36,347 bases of DNA from Gemmatimonadota bacterium. Lineage in GTDB: Bacteria; Latescibacterota; UBA2968; UBA8231. The stretch lies in NCBI GenBank assembly GCA_038128265.1, contig JAYPJE010000029.1, positions 1-36,347 of the forward strand. Reading direction: 5' to 3'. The position numbers and the translations under genes are program-made. Under the pieces are notes generated by a model. That model made no database searches. It was not told the origin of the DNA and worked only from the letters and a program-made list of their open reading frames with translations. Position 1 is the first letter of the stretch, and every line of letters starts with the position of its first letter. Shown here piece after piece: positions 17,185 through 24,999 of this stretch.

Positions 17185-17213
17185 AACATAACGTATACGT
17201 TGTTGGAGTGCAA
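17185..17213 (-). promoter_or_regulatory. Putative sigma70 promoter of the omega-like gene, with palindrome in the spacer
   Basis: Minus strand TTGCAC-N17-TATGTT; 12-bp palindrome AACGTATACGTT at 17190-17201. Confidence 0.6.
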
Positions 17214-17217
17214 GATG

Positions 17218-18372
17218 TTAGTCTTCTGCTAGACGCGCTTCGACGACCAAGTCCAGGTCGGGAAAGCGGCGCTGTAAATAGCCGTTGCCCTCGCGCAGAA
17301 TACGCGTCTGTTGGGGTACTTCTCCGTAACCGGCGTGAATTTGCTCGACGGCCTCCATGCCCTCTATTACGCGTGCAAATGGCACAAATCCCATATCGTC
17401 AAAGTCGCCGTTGTCGCTCAGATTGACGAAGATCTGCGTCGTGCGGCTGTTGGGCGTGTCACCGCTGGCAAAGGCAAGTGTGCCGCGCTCGTTGAGCAGA
17501 TTTGCGTCGTCGTCGGGTAGGGTAGCATCGTACCAGCGACTGGCCACTTCTGGTAAGCCGTGTAGGCCGAACTGCACTAGGCGTTTGGGTACGACGCGAA
17601 AAAAGCGCTGGTCGTCGAAAAAGCCGTGCTTGACCAGATTGTAGAAGCGGTCCGCTGCGTTGGGTGCCCATGCGCGCTGCACCTCGACGCGAAAGTTGCC
17701 CGTGCTGGTAGAAAAGTGCACGGCATAGCGCGCGGGCGCCGCTTCGTCTAGTTGGGACGGGTCCATAAGGGCTGCCAGATCGGGTCCCCGGATTTGGGTG
17801 GCACCGGCTCTGTCCAGCGCGGTGGCAATATCGTCGCGGTTGGCTGCGCGCGCCAGCGCGAGAGCGGTGCTGCCCAACGAGGAGCGCCGATTGGGGTCGG
17901 CGCCGGCTGCCAGCAGGGCGTTGACGATGGCGATGTCGCCGCGTTTGCTGGCGGCCATGAGCGGCGTGCTGTCCGTCGCATCGCCAAGGTTGGGGTCGGC
18001 ACCCCGCTGCAGTAACAGCTCAACGGTGGCCACACTGCCGCGCGCCGCCGCTTCGCTTAGCGGTGTCGTCACGCCGCCGTTGATGTCGGGGTCGGCGCCA
18101 GCCGCTAGCAGGGCTGTTACCATCGCATGGCTCGATGCGGCGTGTTCCAGTGCGATATAGCCGCCGCTGACGGCGTGCACGTCCATACCCGCCAACAGAA
18201 AGAGCGATACGGCATCGCCGTCTTCCTCCGTTAGCGCTTTGGCGAAGTCGTCACGTGCGTAGCTATAGCCTTTTTCGACGAGTTCGCGTCGTGCCTGCTT
18301 AGGTGATTTCTCGCAGGCGGTTAACAGGGGTGCGGCAGCGACGAGCAGGGCGCAAAGAATGCGTTTGTACAT
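17218..18372 (-). CDS. Lipoprotein with ankyrin repeats fused to a cyclophilin-type peptidyl-prolyl isomerase
   Basis: Lipobox LLTAC; ankyrin repeats (TPLSEAAARG..VELLLQRGADPN, TPLMAASKRG..NALLAAGADPN); cyclophilin motifs WAPNAADRFYNLV, FFRVV, VQFG, NERGTLAFA, RTTQIFVN and PFARVIEGMEAV. Confidence 0.9.
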   Translation of the reverse strand: MYKRILCALLVAAAPLLTACEKSPKQARRELVEKGYSYARDDFAKALTEEDGDAVSLFLLAGMDVHAVSGGYIALEHAASSHAMVTALLAAGADPDINGGVTTPLSEAAARGSVATVELLLQRGADPNLGDATDSTPLMAASKRGDIAIVNALLAAGADPNRRSSLGSTALALARAANRDDIATALDRAGATQIRGPDLAALMDPSQLDEAAPARYAVHFSTSTGNFRVEVQRAWAPNAADRFYNLVKHGFFDDQRFFRVVPKRLVQFGLHGLPEVASRWYDATLPDDDANLLNERGTLAFASGDTPNSRTTQIFVNLSDNGDFDDMGFVPFARVIEGMEAVEQIHAGYGEVPQQTRILREGNGYLQRRFPDLDLVVEARLAED

Positions 18373-18419
18373 GGAAGCTCTCCGTTATTGGCGGCGGTAT
18401 CCTACGCGGCACCGCTTGC

Positions 18420-19211
18420 TCAGATCGCCCAGTACTTCCACAGGTCTTCAGAAATATCGTAGCGCATCGCTTCGCGATCGGCGTGATGCCAGCGCGAAAA
18501 TAGGCCCAGTCGCGGTCGCCGCTGTATGTTGGCCGAACCCGTATGGCAGAGAAAACAATGCCAAAAAATGACGTCGCCGGCCTGTGCGGCAAATTGCTCG
18601 GGTCCCTGCGGTGACGCTTCGGAAAAAACGCCCCAGGTGCGTTCTTGCCAGTCGCTGCGCTGGGTGAAGCTGCCATCGATATGGCTCGGATGCTGTAGAA
18701 AGTATTGGTGGGTGGTGAGGTGGCTCTGTGGCCAGTAGACAAAGGCGCCGCCCTCCGTTGCCACGTCTTCCAAATAGGCGGTGGCACCCAGCATGAACCC
18801 GCCGCTCCAGCCGCCGGGTCCGTATCCGTCGATATGGCCTGTGGAGGGCATTTCCCAGTGCCCATCGCTGCGCGGCCACTGCACCAGCATAGAGCCACCA
18901 CCGCCGGCAAAGCGGCCGCCACCGAGCTGCTCAACGACGTGCTTCATCTGCGGTAGGTGGCCAAAGAGCGGATCGGTGCTGAAGCCGTCGATGACGTAGT
19001 TGTCGGGCCAGCTGGCGGCATTGTTGGGGTTGGCCGCGACGTGGTTCCAAAATTGCTCGTTCCACGCGTCGATGTGCTCGGTATCGATGAAGTCGGGAAG
19101 GACTACAAAGCCCTGCTCTTTGAAATGGGCAATGTCTCTATCTGTTAGCAAATTCACCTCTCTGTAGTTGACGTGCTTCGAGTGGGGCCGTGCGCCTCTG
19201 CGCTCACTCAC
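18420..19211 (-). CDS. PhyH family Fe(II)/2OG dioxygenase
   Basis: FKEQGFVVLPDFI, GHIDGY (HxD), GGAFVYWPQSH, AGDVIFWHCFLCHTGSAN..PR. Start may be GTG 19211 or GTG 19157. Confidence 0.85.
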   Translation of the reverse strand: MSERRGARPHSKHVNYREVNLLTDRDIAHFKEQGFVVLPDFIDTEHIDAWNEQFWNHVAANPNNAASWPDNYVIDGFSTDPLFGHLPQMKHVVEQLGGGRFAGGGGSMLVQWPRSDGHWEMPSTGHIDGYGPGGWSGGFMLGATAYLEDVATEGGAFVYWPQSHLTTHQYFLQHPSHIDGSFTQRSDWQERTWGVFSEASPQGPEQFAAQAGDVIFWHCFLCHTGSANIQRRPRLGLFSRWHHADREAMRYDISEDLWKYWAI

Positions 19212-19933
19212 CGCGCGTTCAGCGCCTGCAGCACCGCTTTTAAATAGCCGAGGTCGTAGGCTCGGGCCTTGTGGCCCCAGGCGCTGTCGCCGACCACCCC
19301 CAGCGGATGGTGCGCCAGTAGGGGGCCGTTAAAACCCGCCCTTTTGAGCGCCATTATGGTGCGCGGCAAATGGACGTCGCCCTCGTCGAGAAAGGACGGT
19401 GCGCCGCTCTTGGCATTGTGGGCACGCGCAATATGAACGGGGTTACTGAGGGTGCCTAGTGCAGCTTCCGGGTCATCGCCCAGATCGCTTAGGAGCAGAT
19501 CTAAACCCATGCCGGCCGGTGCGCTACGGCCCATCCACGCCAACCCCACGCCGCACTCGGCGGCCGCCTGCAAGGCGGAATCCATTCCCGGCGGAAACTC
19601 CGCTGGCGCCGCGTCCTCCATTTGAACTAGGGCACCGCCGCGGCCGGTTGGCCGGGGAGTGCTCGGTGTGCCGCTCGGCATTGCGCACCCAATAAGAGCG
19701 ATGCCGGCATTGGCTGCTGCGCGCACGGCAGCGATCGCGCTGTCGGCATTTGCCAGGGCGAAGCCATCAATTCCGGCTAGGCACAGCCCCGTTTTTTCGA
19801 CGCGATTTTTCAATGAGACCAGCGTTTTTTCGTCGCAGTGGTCAACCTGTGCCAGCACGTGTCCAATGCCGAGCTGCTGGGCGAATATGAGCTGGTCGTC
19901 GCGGCCAAACTGCACGCTCAGTGCGATGTGCAT
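19208..19933 (-). CDS. Degenerate mannonate dehydratase (UxuA)-like protein
   Basis: Collinear with the upstream UxuA (QQLGIGHV, TGRGGA, FLDEGDV, GF.G, GD..WG...AYDLGYLKA) but lacks HPDD and other catalytic motifs. ATG 19933 has SD GGAGG. Confidence 0.75.
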   Translation of the reverse strand: MHIALSVQFGRDDQLIFAQQLGIGHVLAQVDHCDEKTLVSLKNRVEKTGLCLAGIDGFALANADSAIAAVRAAANAGIALIGCAMPSGTPSTPRPTGRGGALVQMEDAAPAEFPPGMDSALQAAAECGVGLAWMGRSAPAGMGLDLLLSDLGDDPEAALGTLSNPVHIARAHNAKSGAPSFLDEGDVHLPRTIMALKRAGFNGPLLAHHPLGVVGDSAWGHKARAYDLGYLKAVLQALNAR

Positions 19934-19934
19934 A

Positions 19935-20942
19935 TCAGGCACCTCCCGCTTCGGTCAGCGTTTGCACCAGACCCCTCAAGTAGCCGACTTGGAAGGCGAA
20001 AGAGCGGTCGGCATGGTGGTTGTCGCCGATGACGCCGGGGCAGTGGTCGATGCGAATTACGCCCTCGTAGCCGACGTCGTTGAATGCCTTCACGGCCTCG
20101 ACCATATCGATATCACCTTCGTCGGGAAATACTTCGTCGAAGAAAGGCACCTGGCCGCGCGGATTGCGAAAGTGGGCAAAGAAGATTTTTTGCTGGCCGC
20201 CAAAATGGCGTATGGCGCTGACCACATTCATATCGACCATCGTACCGATCGTGCCCATGCAAAAGCCGAGACCGTTATTGGGGCTGGGCACGCTGTCGAT
20301 TGCGCGCTGCAGGCCATCCCAGCTGATGAGAATGCGCGCCACGCCCATAAAGCTGGGGACGGGGGCATCGTCTGGATGCGCGGCGATTTTGACGCCGGCC
20401 TCTTCGGCTACGGGTACGATGCGCTCGAGAAAGTAGATCAGGTTGGACCACACTTCCTCGGACTCCATATCGCGGTCGGGAATGTGGGGGTACGGATGGG
20501 GCTCTGGGCCTTTGCCCAGCCAATCCAAGCAGGCAGCGGGCATGCGTTCGGCCAGCTCCATATCAAAGCGCGGGTAGCGCGCTCCACCGCGTCCCGTCGG
20601 GCTGTACTCGGTGCGCAGACCGCCCAGCAGCATCCACTGGTACTGCAGCACGCCAATGCCCGCTTCGCCCATATTGCGGATGGATTGGCAGACCTTGTCA
20701 ATCTGCTCATCGCGGCCCTCTTCGCCGAACATGACTTTGTTGTAGCACAGCGGAGGCAGGTTTTCAATGACGTCCCAAACAAGACCATTTTTCGCGAAAA
20801 AATCTCTCCGCTTGAGCAGGTCATCGCGTTCGAGAATGCCGTCGGGCGACGGGCTGGCGCCGCTGACTACGTGCGTTAGGCCGAGCTGGCGAATAAACTG
20901 CATGTGCTCTTCATCGCCGCCGCTCTGTAGCGCTATCTTCAT
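19935..20942 (-). CDS. uxuA: Mannonate dehydratase (UxuA) family protein
   Basis: IRNMGEAGI, WSNLIYFLERIVPVAEEAGVKIAAHPDDAP, NNGLGFCMGT, KIFFAHFRN, DEGDIDM, RIDH and GYLRGL. Exact substrate not proven. Confidence 0.82.
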   Translation of the reverse strand: MKIALQSGGDEEHMQFIRQLGLTHVVSGASPSPDGILERDDLLKRRDFFAKNGLVWDVIENLPPLCYNKVMFGEEGRDEQIDKVCQSIRNMGEAGIGVLQYQWMLLGGLRTEYSPTGRGGARYPRFDMELAERMPAACLDWLGKGPEPHPYPHIPDRDMESEEVWSNLIYFLERIVPVAEEAGVKIAAHPDDAPVPSFMGVARILISWDGLQRAIDSVPSPNNGLGFCMGTIGTMVDMNVVSAIRHFGGQQKIFFAHFRNPRGQVPFFDEVFPDEGDIDMVEAVKAFNDVGYEGVIRIDHCPGVIGDNHHADRSFAFQVGYLRGLVQTLTEAGGA

Positions 20943-21006
20943 GGGTTCCTCTGGGTTGTTTTCAGGCGGAGCGCGCGGTATGCACGCGTCGCGTTTGGCG
21001 CGGGGA

Positions 21007-21036
21007 ATTATAGTGCAACGGAGCGGCGTCCGGCAA
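21007..21036 (-). promoter_or_regulatory. Putative sigma70 promoter of the uxuA unit
   Basis: Minus strand TTGCCG-N18-TATAAT about 65 nt upstream of ATG 20942. Confidence 0.6.
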
Positions 21037-21044
21037 GGGGCACA

Positions 21045-22202
21045 TCAGTTATTTTGGTCGCTGCGCTCCAGAGAAAGTCGAACTTTTTGCTGCTTTAACG
21101 AGAGGATTTTCAACGCTGTCTCGTGTTGGATTTGCTCGCGTGTGATGGCAAAAGTGCGCCGGCCCAGGCGCGCCAGGTCGGCGTCGATGACGAGGGTGAA
21201 GCGGCCGTCGGCAGCCAGCAAAAGCTCGCGGCGCGCTCCCAGCACCTCGATTTCGACGCTGTCGGGTTCGATGGATGCGATGTCGAACTCACCGGGCAGG
21301 TTTTCTATGACGACGGGCACTTTCAGCGCGGTGCGCTCTTCGGCAGCACCGGGTACTAGGACCAACCAGGCCGCCAGCGCCATGCAGAGCCCGGCTCCCG
21401 CTTCCAGCGTTCTGTGCAGTAGGGTGCGTGGGCGCAGGGCGATCCGCGGCGCGCTGCCGGGCAGGTGTGCTTCAATGGCTTCGCGCAGCTGATCGGGCCT
21501 GTCCAGCACGTGCAGGCGGCCCGCAGCTGCGACAGACAGTGTGCCGCGCTCTTCGGAGACAACCAGGCAAATGGCATCGCAGCGCTCGGCCAGTCCTAGC
21601 GCGGCGGCGTGCCGCGTGCCGCCGGGGCCCAACTCCTGGCGGTTTTCCGACAGGGGCAGGTGAACGGCAAAACGCGTTATGCGGTCGTTTTGCCAGAGCA
21701 CGGCCCCGTCGTGCCCGGGCGAATGGCTGTCAAAGAGGCTGATCAGCAGTTCTTCGCTTGGCTCGGCATCGAGAGCAATCCCGCCTTGCAGGTGGCGCTC
21801 TATTGGGTCGCGTCCCGGAATGACGATGAGTGCACCCCAGCGGCGTTTGACCAACTGCTGCAGCGCCCGCACGAGCACGGCGGTGCGGCCCGCATCCGGT
21901 TTGGGTATTTGGCGGCGCAGTCCCAGAACGGCAATGCGCTCGAAGAGGCGGCGTAAATCGTCTTGGAACACGACGACGAGGAAAATGACCAGTGCGGCAA
22001 AAAAGCCTTGGAAAAACCAGGCCGTTAGCTGCAGCTCCAGCTGCAGTGCTGCTAGGTAGAACAGCCATAAAAAGAGCAGGCCGACCAGCGCGAGTATGGC
22101 GTGCACGCGGCGTGCCCAGGCAATGGCTCCCCAAATCAGCAGGCCGACAACGCAGATATCGACGAAGTCTTTGAGGTGTATGTAGAGCAGAAGATCGTAC
22201 AT
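21045..22202 (-). CDS. Diadenylate cyclase (CdaA/DacA type: 3 TM + DAC domain) fused to a TM helix and YbbR (CdaR-like) domain
   Basis: N-terminal TM helices ending VVFQDDLRR; GALIVI, SPGHDGA (DGA), LPLS and GTRHAAALGLAERCDA..VVSEERG; then a TM helix and VPVVIENLP...P.SVEIEVLG (YbbR). Start at ATG 22202. Confidence 0.9.
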   Translation of the reverse strand: MYDLLLYIHLKDFVDICVVGLLIWGAIAWARRVHAILALVGLLFLWLFYLAALQLELQLTAWFFQGFFAALVIFLVVVFQDDLRRLFERIAVLGLRRQIPKPDAGRTAVLVRALQQLVKRRWGALIVIPGRDPIERHLQGGIALDAEPSEELLISLFDSHSPGHDGAVLWQNDRITRFAVHLPLSENRQELGPGGTRHAAALGLAERCDAICLVVSEERGTLSVAAAGRLHVLDRPDQLREAIEAHLPGSAPRIALRPRTLLHRTLEAGAGLCMALAAWLVLVPGAAEERTALKVPVVIENLPGEFDIASIEPDSVEIEVLGARRELLLAADGRFTLVIDADLARLGRRTFAITREQIQHETALKILSLKQQKVRLSLERSDQNN

Positions 22203-22223
22203 GGCGACGTCGGGATATGGGCA

Positions 22224-22253
22224 AGTATAAGCCGAAGGTCTCCAGGTGGACAA
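22224..22253 (-). promoter_or_regulatory. Putative sigma70 promoter of the diadenylate cyclase gene
   Basis: Minus strand TTGTCC-N18-TATACT ending 21 nt upstream of ATG 22202. Confidence 0.5.
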
Positions 22254-22374
22254 GCGGTAAAGTTGCCAACCGGCTCGGGTCGCCGCGCTGGCCGGTGGCA
22301 TTGGAAGCCCAGGTAGGTGTATTATCGCGGTCGCGTGTTTTGCCGGGTGCGTAGGCGCGTCGTCGCATTCGTCC

Positions 22375-22403
22375 TTCACGCGAGAAAGCTGTTTTTTTAT
22401 AAT
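22375..22403 (+). promoter_or_regulatory. Putative sigma70 promoter of the phnX-amidase unit
   Basis: TTCACG(22375-80)-N17-TATAAT(22398-403). Confidence 0.6.
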
Positions 22404-22460
22404 CTTCCGTTGCCTATGTTGTATACCGCAATTGAGCGTCTTAGAAAGGCAGTTGGTTAC

Positions 22461-23291
22461 ATGGACTTTCTCTTCCGCCGCAGCTACCGCGGCGCACTTA
22501 AAATGGTGGTGCTCGACTGGGCGGGAACCACCGTCGATTTCGGCTGTTTTGCTCCGGCGGGTGTCTTTGTGCGCGTATTTGCCGAAATGGGTATTGAAAT
22601 CAGCATGCGCGAGGCGCGCGAGCCGATGGGCTTGCACAAGCGCGATCACATTCGCGTTATCTCGCATATGGAGCGCGTCGCTGCAGCGTGGATTCAACAG
22701 CACGGTCGCCCCTGTGGCGAAGCCGATGTAGAGGCGATGTTTGAGCGCTTTGTGCCGCTGCAGTTAGAGGTGCTGGCCGATCACGCCGAACTCATTGCCG
22801 AAGTGCCGCTAGCTCAGGCCAGCTTTCGCCGGCGTGGACTAGCCATTGGCACGACGACCGGGTACAATCGGGAGATGATGGACGTGCTGGTGCCGCGGGC
22901 CAAGCGCCAGGGCTACGAACCGGATCACGTCGTCTGCGCCAGCGAAGTCCCGGCAGGGCGACCGGCGCCGTGGATGGCGCTGCGCAATGCCGAATATCTG
23001 GGCATTTATCCGCTGGAATCCTGCGTGAAAATAGGGGATACGCCCTCGGACATTTCCGAGGGGCTCAATGCCGGTATGTGGAGCGTAGGCGTGCTGCTGT
23101 CGAGCAATGAGCTGGGTATGAGTCCGGAGGAAATTCGCCGCACGAGCACGGATGAGTTGGAGCGGCGCAAAGAGTGGGCGCGTGCGCGCCTGCAGGGCGC
23201 CGGTGCCCACTTTGTAATCGACTCATTGACGGATATCAACGCCGTCCTCGACGAAATTGAAGCGCGCCTTAGGGCGGGAGAACGGCCCTGA
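22461..23291 (+). CDS. phnX: Phosphonoacetaldehyde hydrolase (phosphonatase), HAD superfamily
   Basis: LDWAGTTVDFGCFAP, AREPMGLHKRDHIR (Schiff-base Lys), TTGY, GRPAPWM, KIGDT..DI.EGLNAGMWSVGV and SSNELG. Start ATG 22461. Confidence 0.95.
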   Translation: MDFLFRRSYRGALKMVVLDWAGTTVDFGCFAPAGVFVRVFAEMGIEISMREAREPMGLHKRDHIRVISHMERVAAAWIQQHGRPCGEADVEAMFERFVPLQLEVLADHAELIAEVPLAQASFRRRGLAIGTTTGYNREMMDVLVPRAKRQGYEPDHVVCASEVPAGRPAPWMALRNAEYLGIYPLESCVKIGDTPSDISEGLNAGMWSVGVLLSSNELGMSPEEIRRTSTDELERRKEWARARLQGAGAHFVIDSLTDINAVLDEIEARLRAGERP

Positions 23292-24886
23292 GGCGCCGCC
23301 ATTTCATAAAGTGCGCCGTCGCCGGTAGCGCGCTGGCGCTAGGCCATCCTTTGCGAGGGTGGGCGCGCGCGCCCGCCGTGGAGAGCAGCGATATGACGGG
23401 TTGGAGCGTAGCGGAAATACAGCAAGCCATGCGCATGGGTGATCTCAGCGCTCGTGCGCTGACCGAGGCCTTCTTGCAGCGCGTGGCCGATATAGATCGG
23501 AGTGGTCCATCGGTTAACTCGATTATTGAGCTCAACCCGCAGGCACTCGACATCGCGTCGACCCTAGACGCCGAACGGGCCGCGGGCACGGTGCGCGGGC
23601 CCTTACACGGCGTGCCTATTCTGATCAAAGACAATATCGATACGGCCGATTTGATGCAGACGACGGCCGGGTCGCTGGCCCTTGAGGGCCACAGGGCGGC
23701 GCGCGATGCCTTTGTCGTGGAGCGGCTGCGTGCGGCCGGTGCCGTTCTGTTGGGCAAGACCAATCTGAGCGAATGGGCCAATTTTCGCTCGACGCGCTCG
23801 ACGAGCGGCTGGAGCAGTCGCGGAGGACAGACGCGCAATCCGCACGTACTGGACCGCTCGCCCTGCGGTTCGAGCTCGGGGTCGGGAGCGGCCGTGGCCG
23901 CGCAGCTGTGCGCCGTAGCGGTGGGCACGGAGACGGACGGTTCTGTCGTATGTCCTTCGACCAGTAACGGCATCGTCGGCATCAAGCCCACGCTGGGTTT
24001 GGTGAGCCGCTCGGGCATTATTCCCATCGCACACAGCCAGGACACGGCCGGGCCGATGGCGCGCACGGTCGCCGACGCGGCGACGTTGCTCAGCGCCATG
24101 GTTGGCGTCGACGCGCGCGATGCGGCGACCGCAGCGGCAGGGCGTCTCGGTCAGGTTGACTACGCGCAGTATTTGGACGAAGGGGCGCTCCGGGGCGCAC
24201 GCTTGGGCATTGCGCGCAATTTTTTCGGCTTTGATAGCCGAGTCGATGCGGTTATGGAGGAAAGCATAGCCGCGCTACGTCACCTCGGTGCAGACATCGT
24301 AGACCCCGTTGATTTGCCGAAATCGAGCGCGTACGACGAGAGCGAGTACGAGGTGCTGCTCTATGAGTTTAAGGCCGGTATCAACGCGTATTTAGCCGGC
24401 CTAACCGGCGACCGCTGGCCCCAGACGCTAGAGACCTTGATCGCCTTTAACAACGCGCACGCCGAGCGCGTAATGCCCTACTTTGGGCAGGAGATTTTTC
24501 TACAGGCCCAGGAAAAGGGCCCACTGAGCGATGCGGTTTACCGCGAGGCGCTGGCCGCCAACCATCGCCTGTCGCGCGGAGAAGGCATCGATGCAGCGAT
24601 TGCCCGCTACCGTCTCGACGCCATCGTTGCTCCGACGGGTGGGCCAGCGTGGACCATCGATCTGGTCAATGGCGACCACTACGGTGGAGGCTGTTCGAGC
24701 CCCGCGGCCGTTTCGGGCTATCCGCACGTAACGGTTCCCGCCGGTTTTGTGCACGACTTGCCGGTGGGCCTCTCGCTCTTTGCCGGCGCGTGGAGCGAGC
24801 CGCGTCTCATCGCGCTGGCACACGCCTTTGAGCGGGGAACACAGGCGCGCCGCACGCCGCAATTCCTGTCGTCTGTGGGCCTCTAA
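23288..24886 (+). CDS. Amidase signature family enzyme (peptide amidase-like) with Tat signal peptide
   Basis: GPLHGVPILIKDNI, GKTNLSEWANFRS, CGSSSGSGAA and GTETDGSVVCP (Ser-cisSer-Lys triad). An in-frame upstream extension from CTG 23288 encodes RRRHFIK plus a hydrophobic stretch; the ORF track start is 23351. Confidence 0.9.
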   Translation: MRRRHFIKCAVAGSALALGHPLRGWARAPAVESSDMTGWSVAEIQQAMRMGDLSARALTEAFLQRVADIDRSGPSVNSIIELNPQALDIASTLDAERAAGTVRGPLHGVPILIKDNIDTADLMQTTAGSLALEGHRAARDAFVVERLRAAGAVLLGKTNLSEWANFRSTRSTSGWSSRGGQTRNPHVLDRSPCGSSSGSGAAVAAQLCAVAVGTETDGSVVCPSTSNGIVGIKPTLGLVSRSGIIPIAHSQDTAGPMARTVADAATLLSAMVGVDARDAATAAAGRLGQVDYAQYLDEGALRGARLGIARNFFGFDSRVDAVMEESIAALRHLGADIVDPVDLPKSSAYDESEYEVLLYEFKAGINAYLAGLTGDRWPQTLETLIAFNNAHAERVMPYFGQEIFLQAQEKGPLSDAVYREALAANHRLSRGEGIDAAIARYRLDAIVAPTGGPAWTIDLVNGDHYGGGCSSPAAVSGYPHVTVPAGFVHDLPVGLSLFAGAWSEPRLIALAHAFERGTQARRTPQFLSSVGL

Positions 24887-24999
24887 GCAGCGCGCGTGCC
24901 GGTTCGAAATGCGGTGTAACGCTTGCCGTTTTGTCGGGGCGGGGAATATTCATCTGGATATGTTCATTCCTACGCTACAGGCAAATGGAGTTGCGCCCC

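Noticed and set aside
19659..20879. 406-aa plus-strand ORF
   Set aside because: Antisense shadow of the uxuA-like genes with no recognisable motifs; common in GC-rich DNA.
16398..22202. PilZ, omega-like and diadenylate cyclase genes as one nucleotide second-messenger island
   Set aside because: They lie in separate transcription units with unrelated genes between them, and the omega-like protein lacks the MAR ppGpp motif; proximity alone is not evidence.
22203..22703. N-terminal extension of the diadenylate cyclase ORF to 552 aa
   Set aside because: Overlaps phnX on the opposite strand and both promoters; CdaA-like sequence begins at Met 22202.
23269..24099. 276-aa minus-strand ORF and similar shadows at 5012-5779, 6350-7210 and 25270-25908
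   Set aside because: Mirror-frame ORFs antisense to confidently assigned genes.
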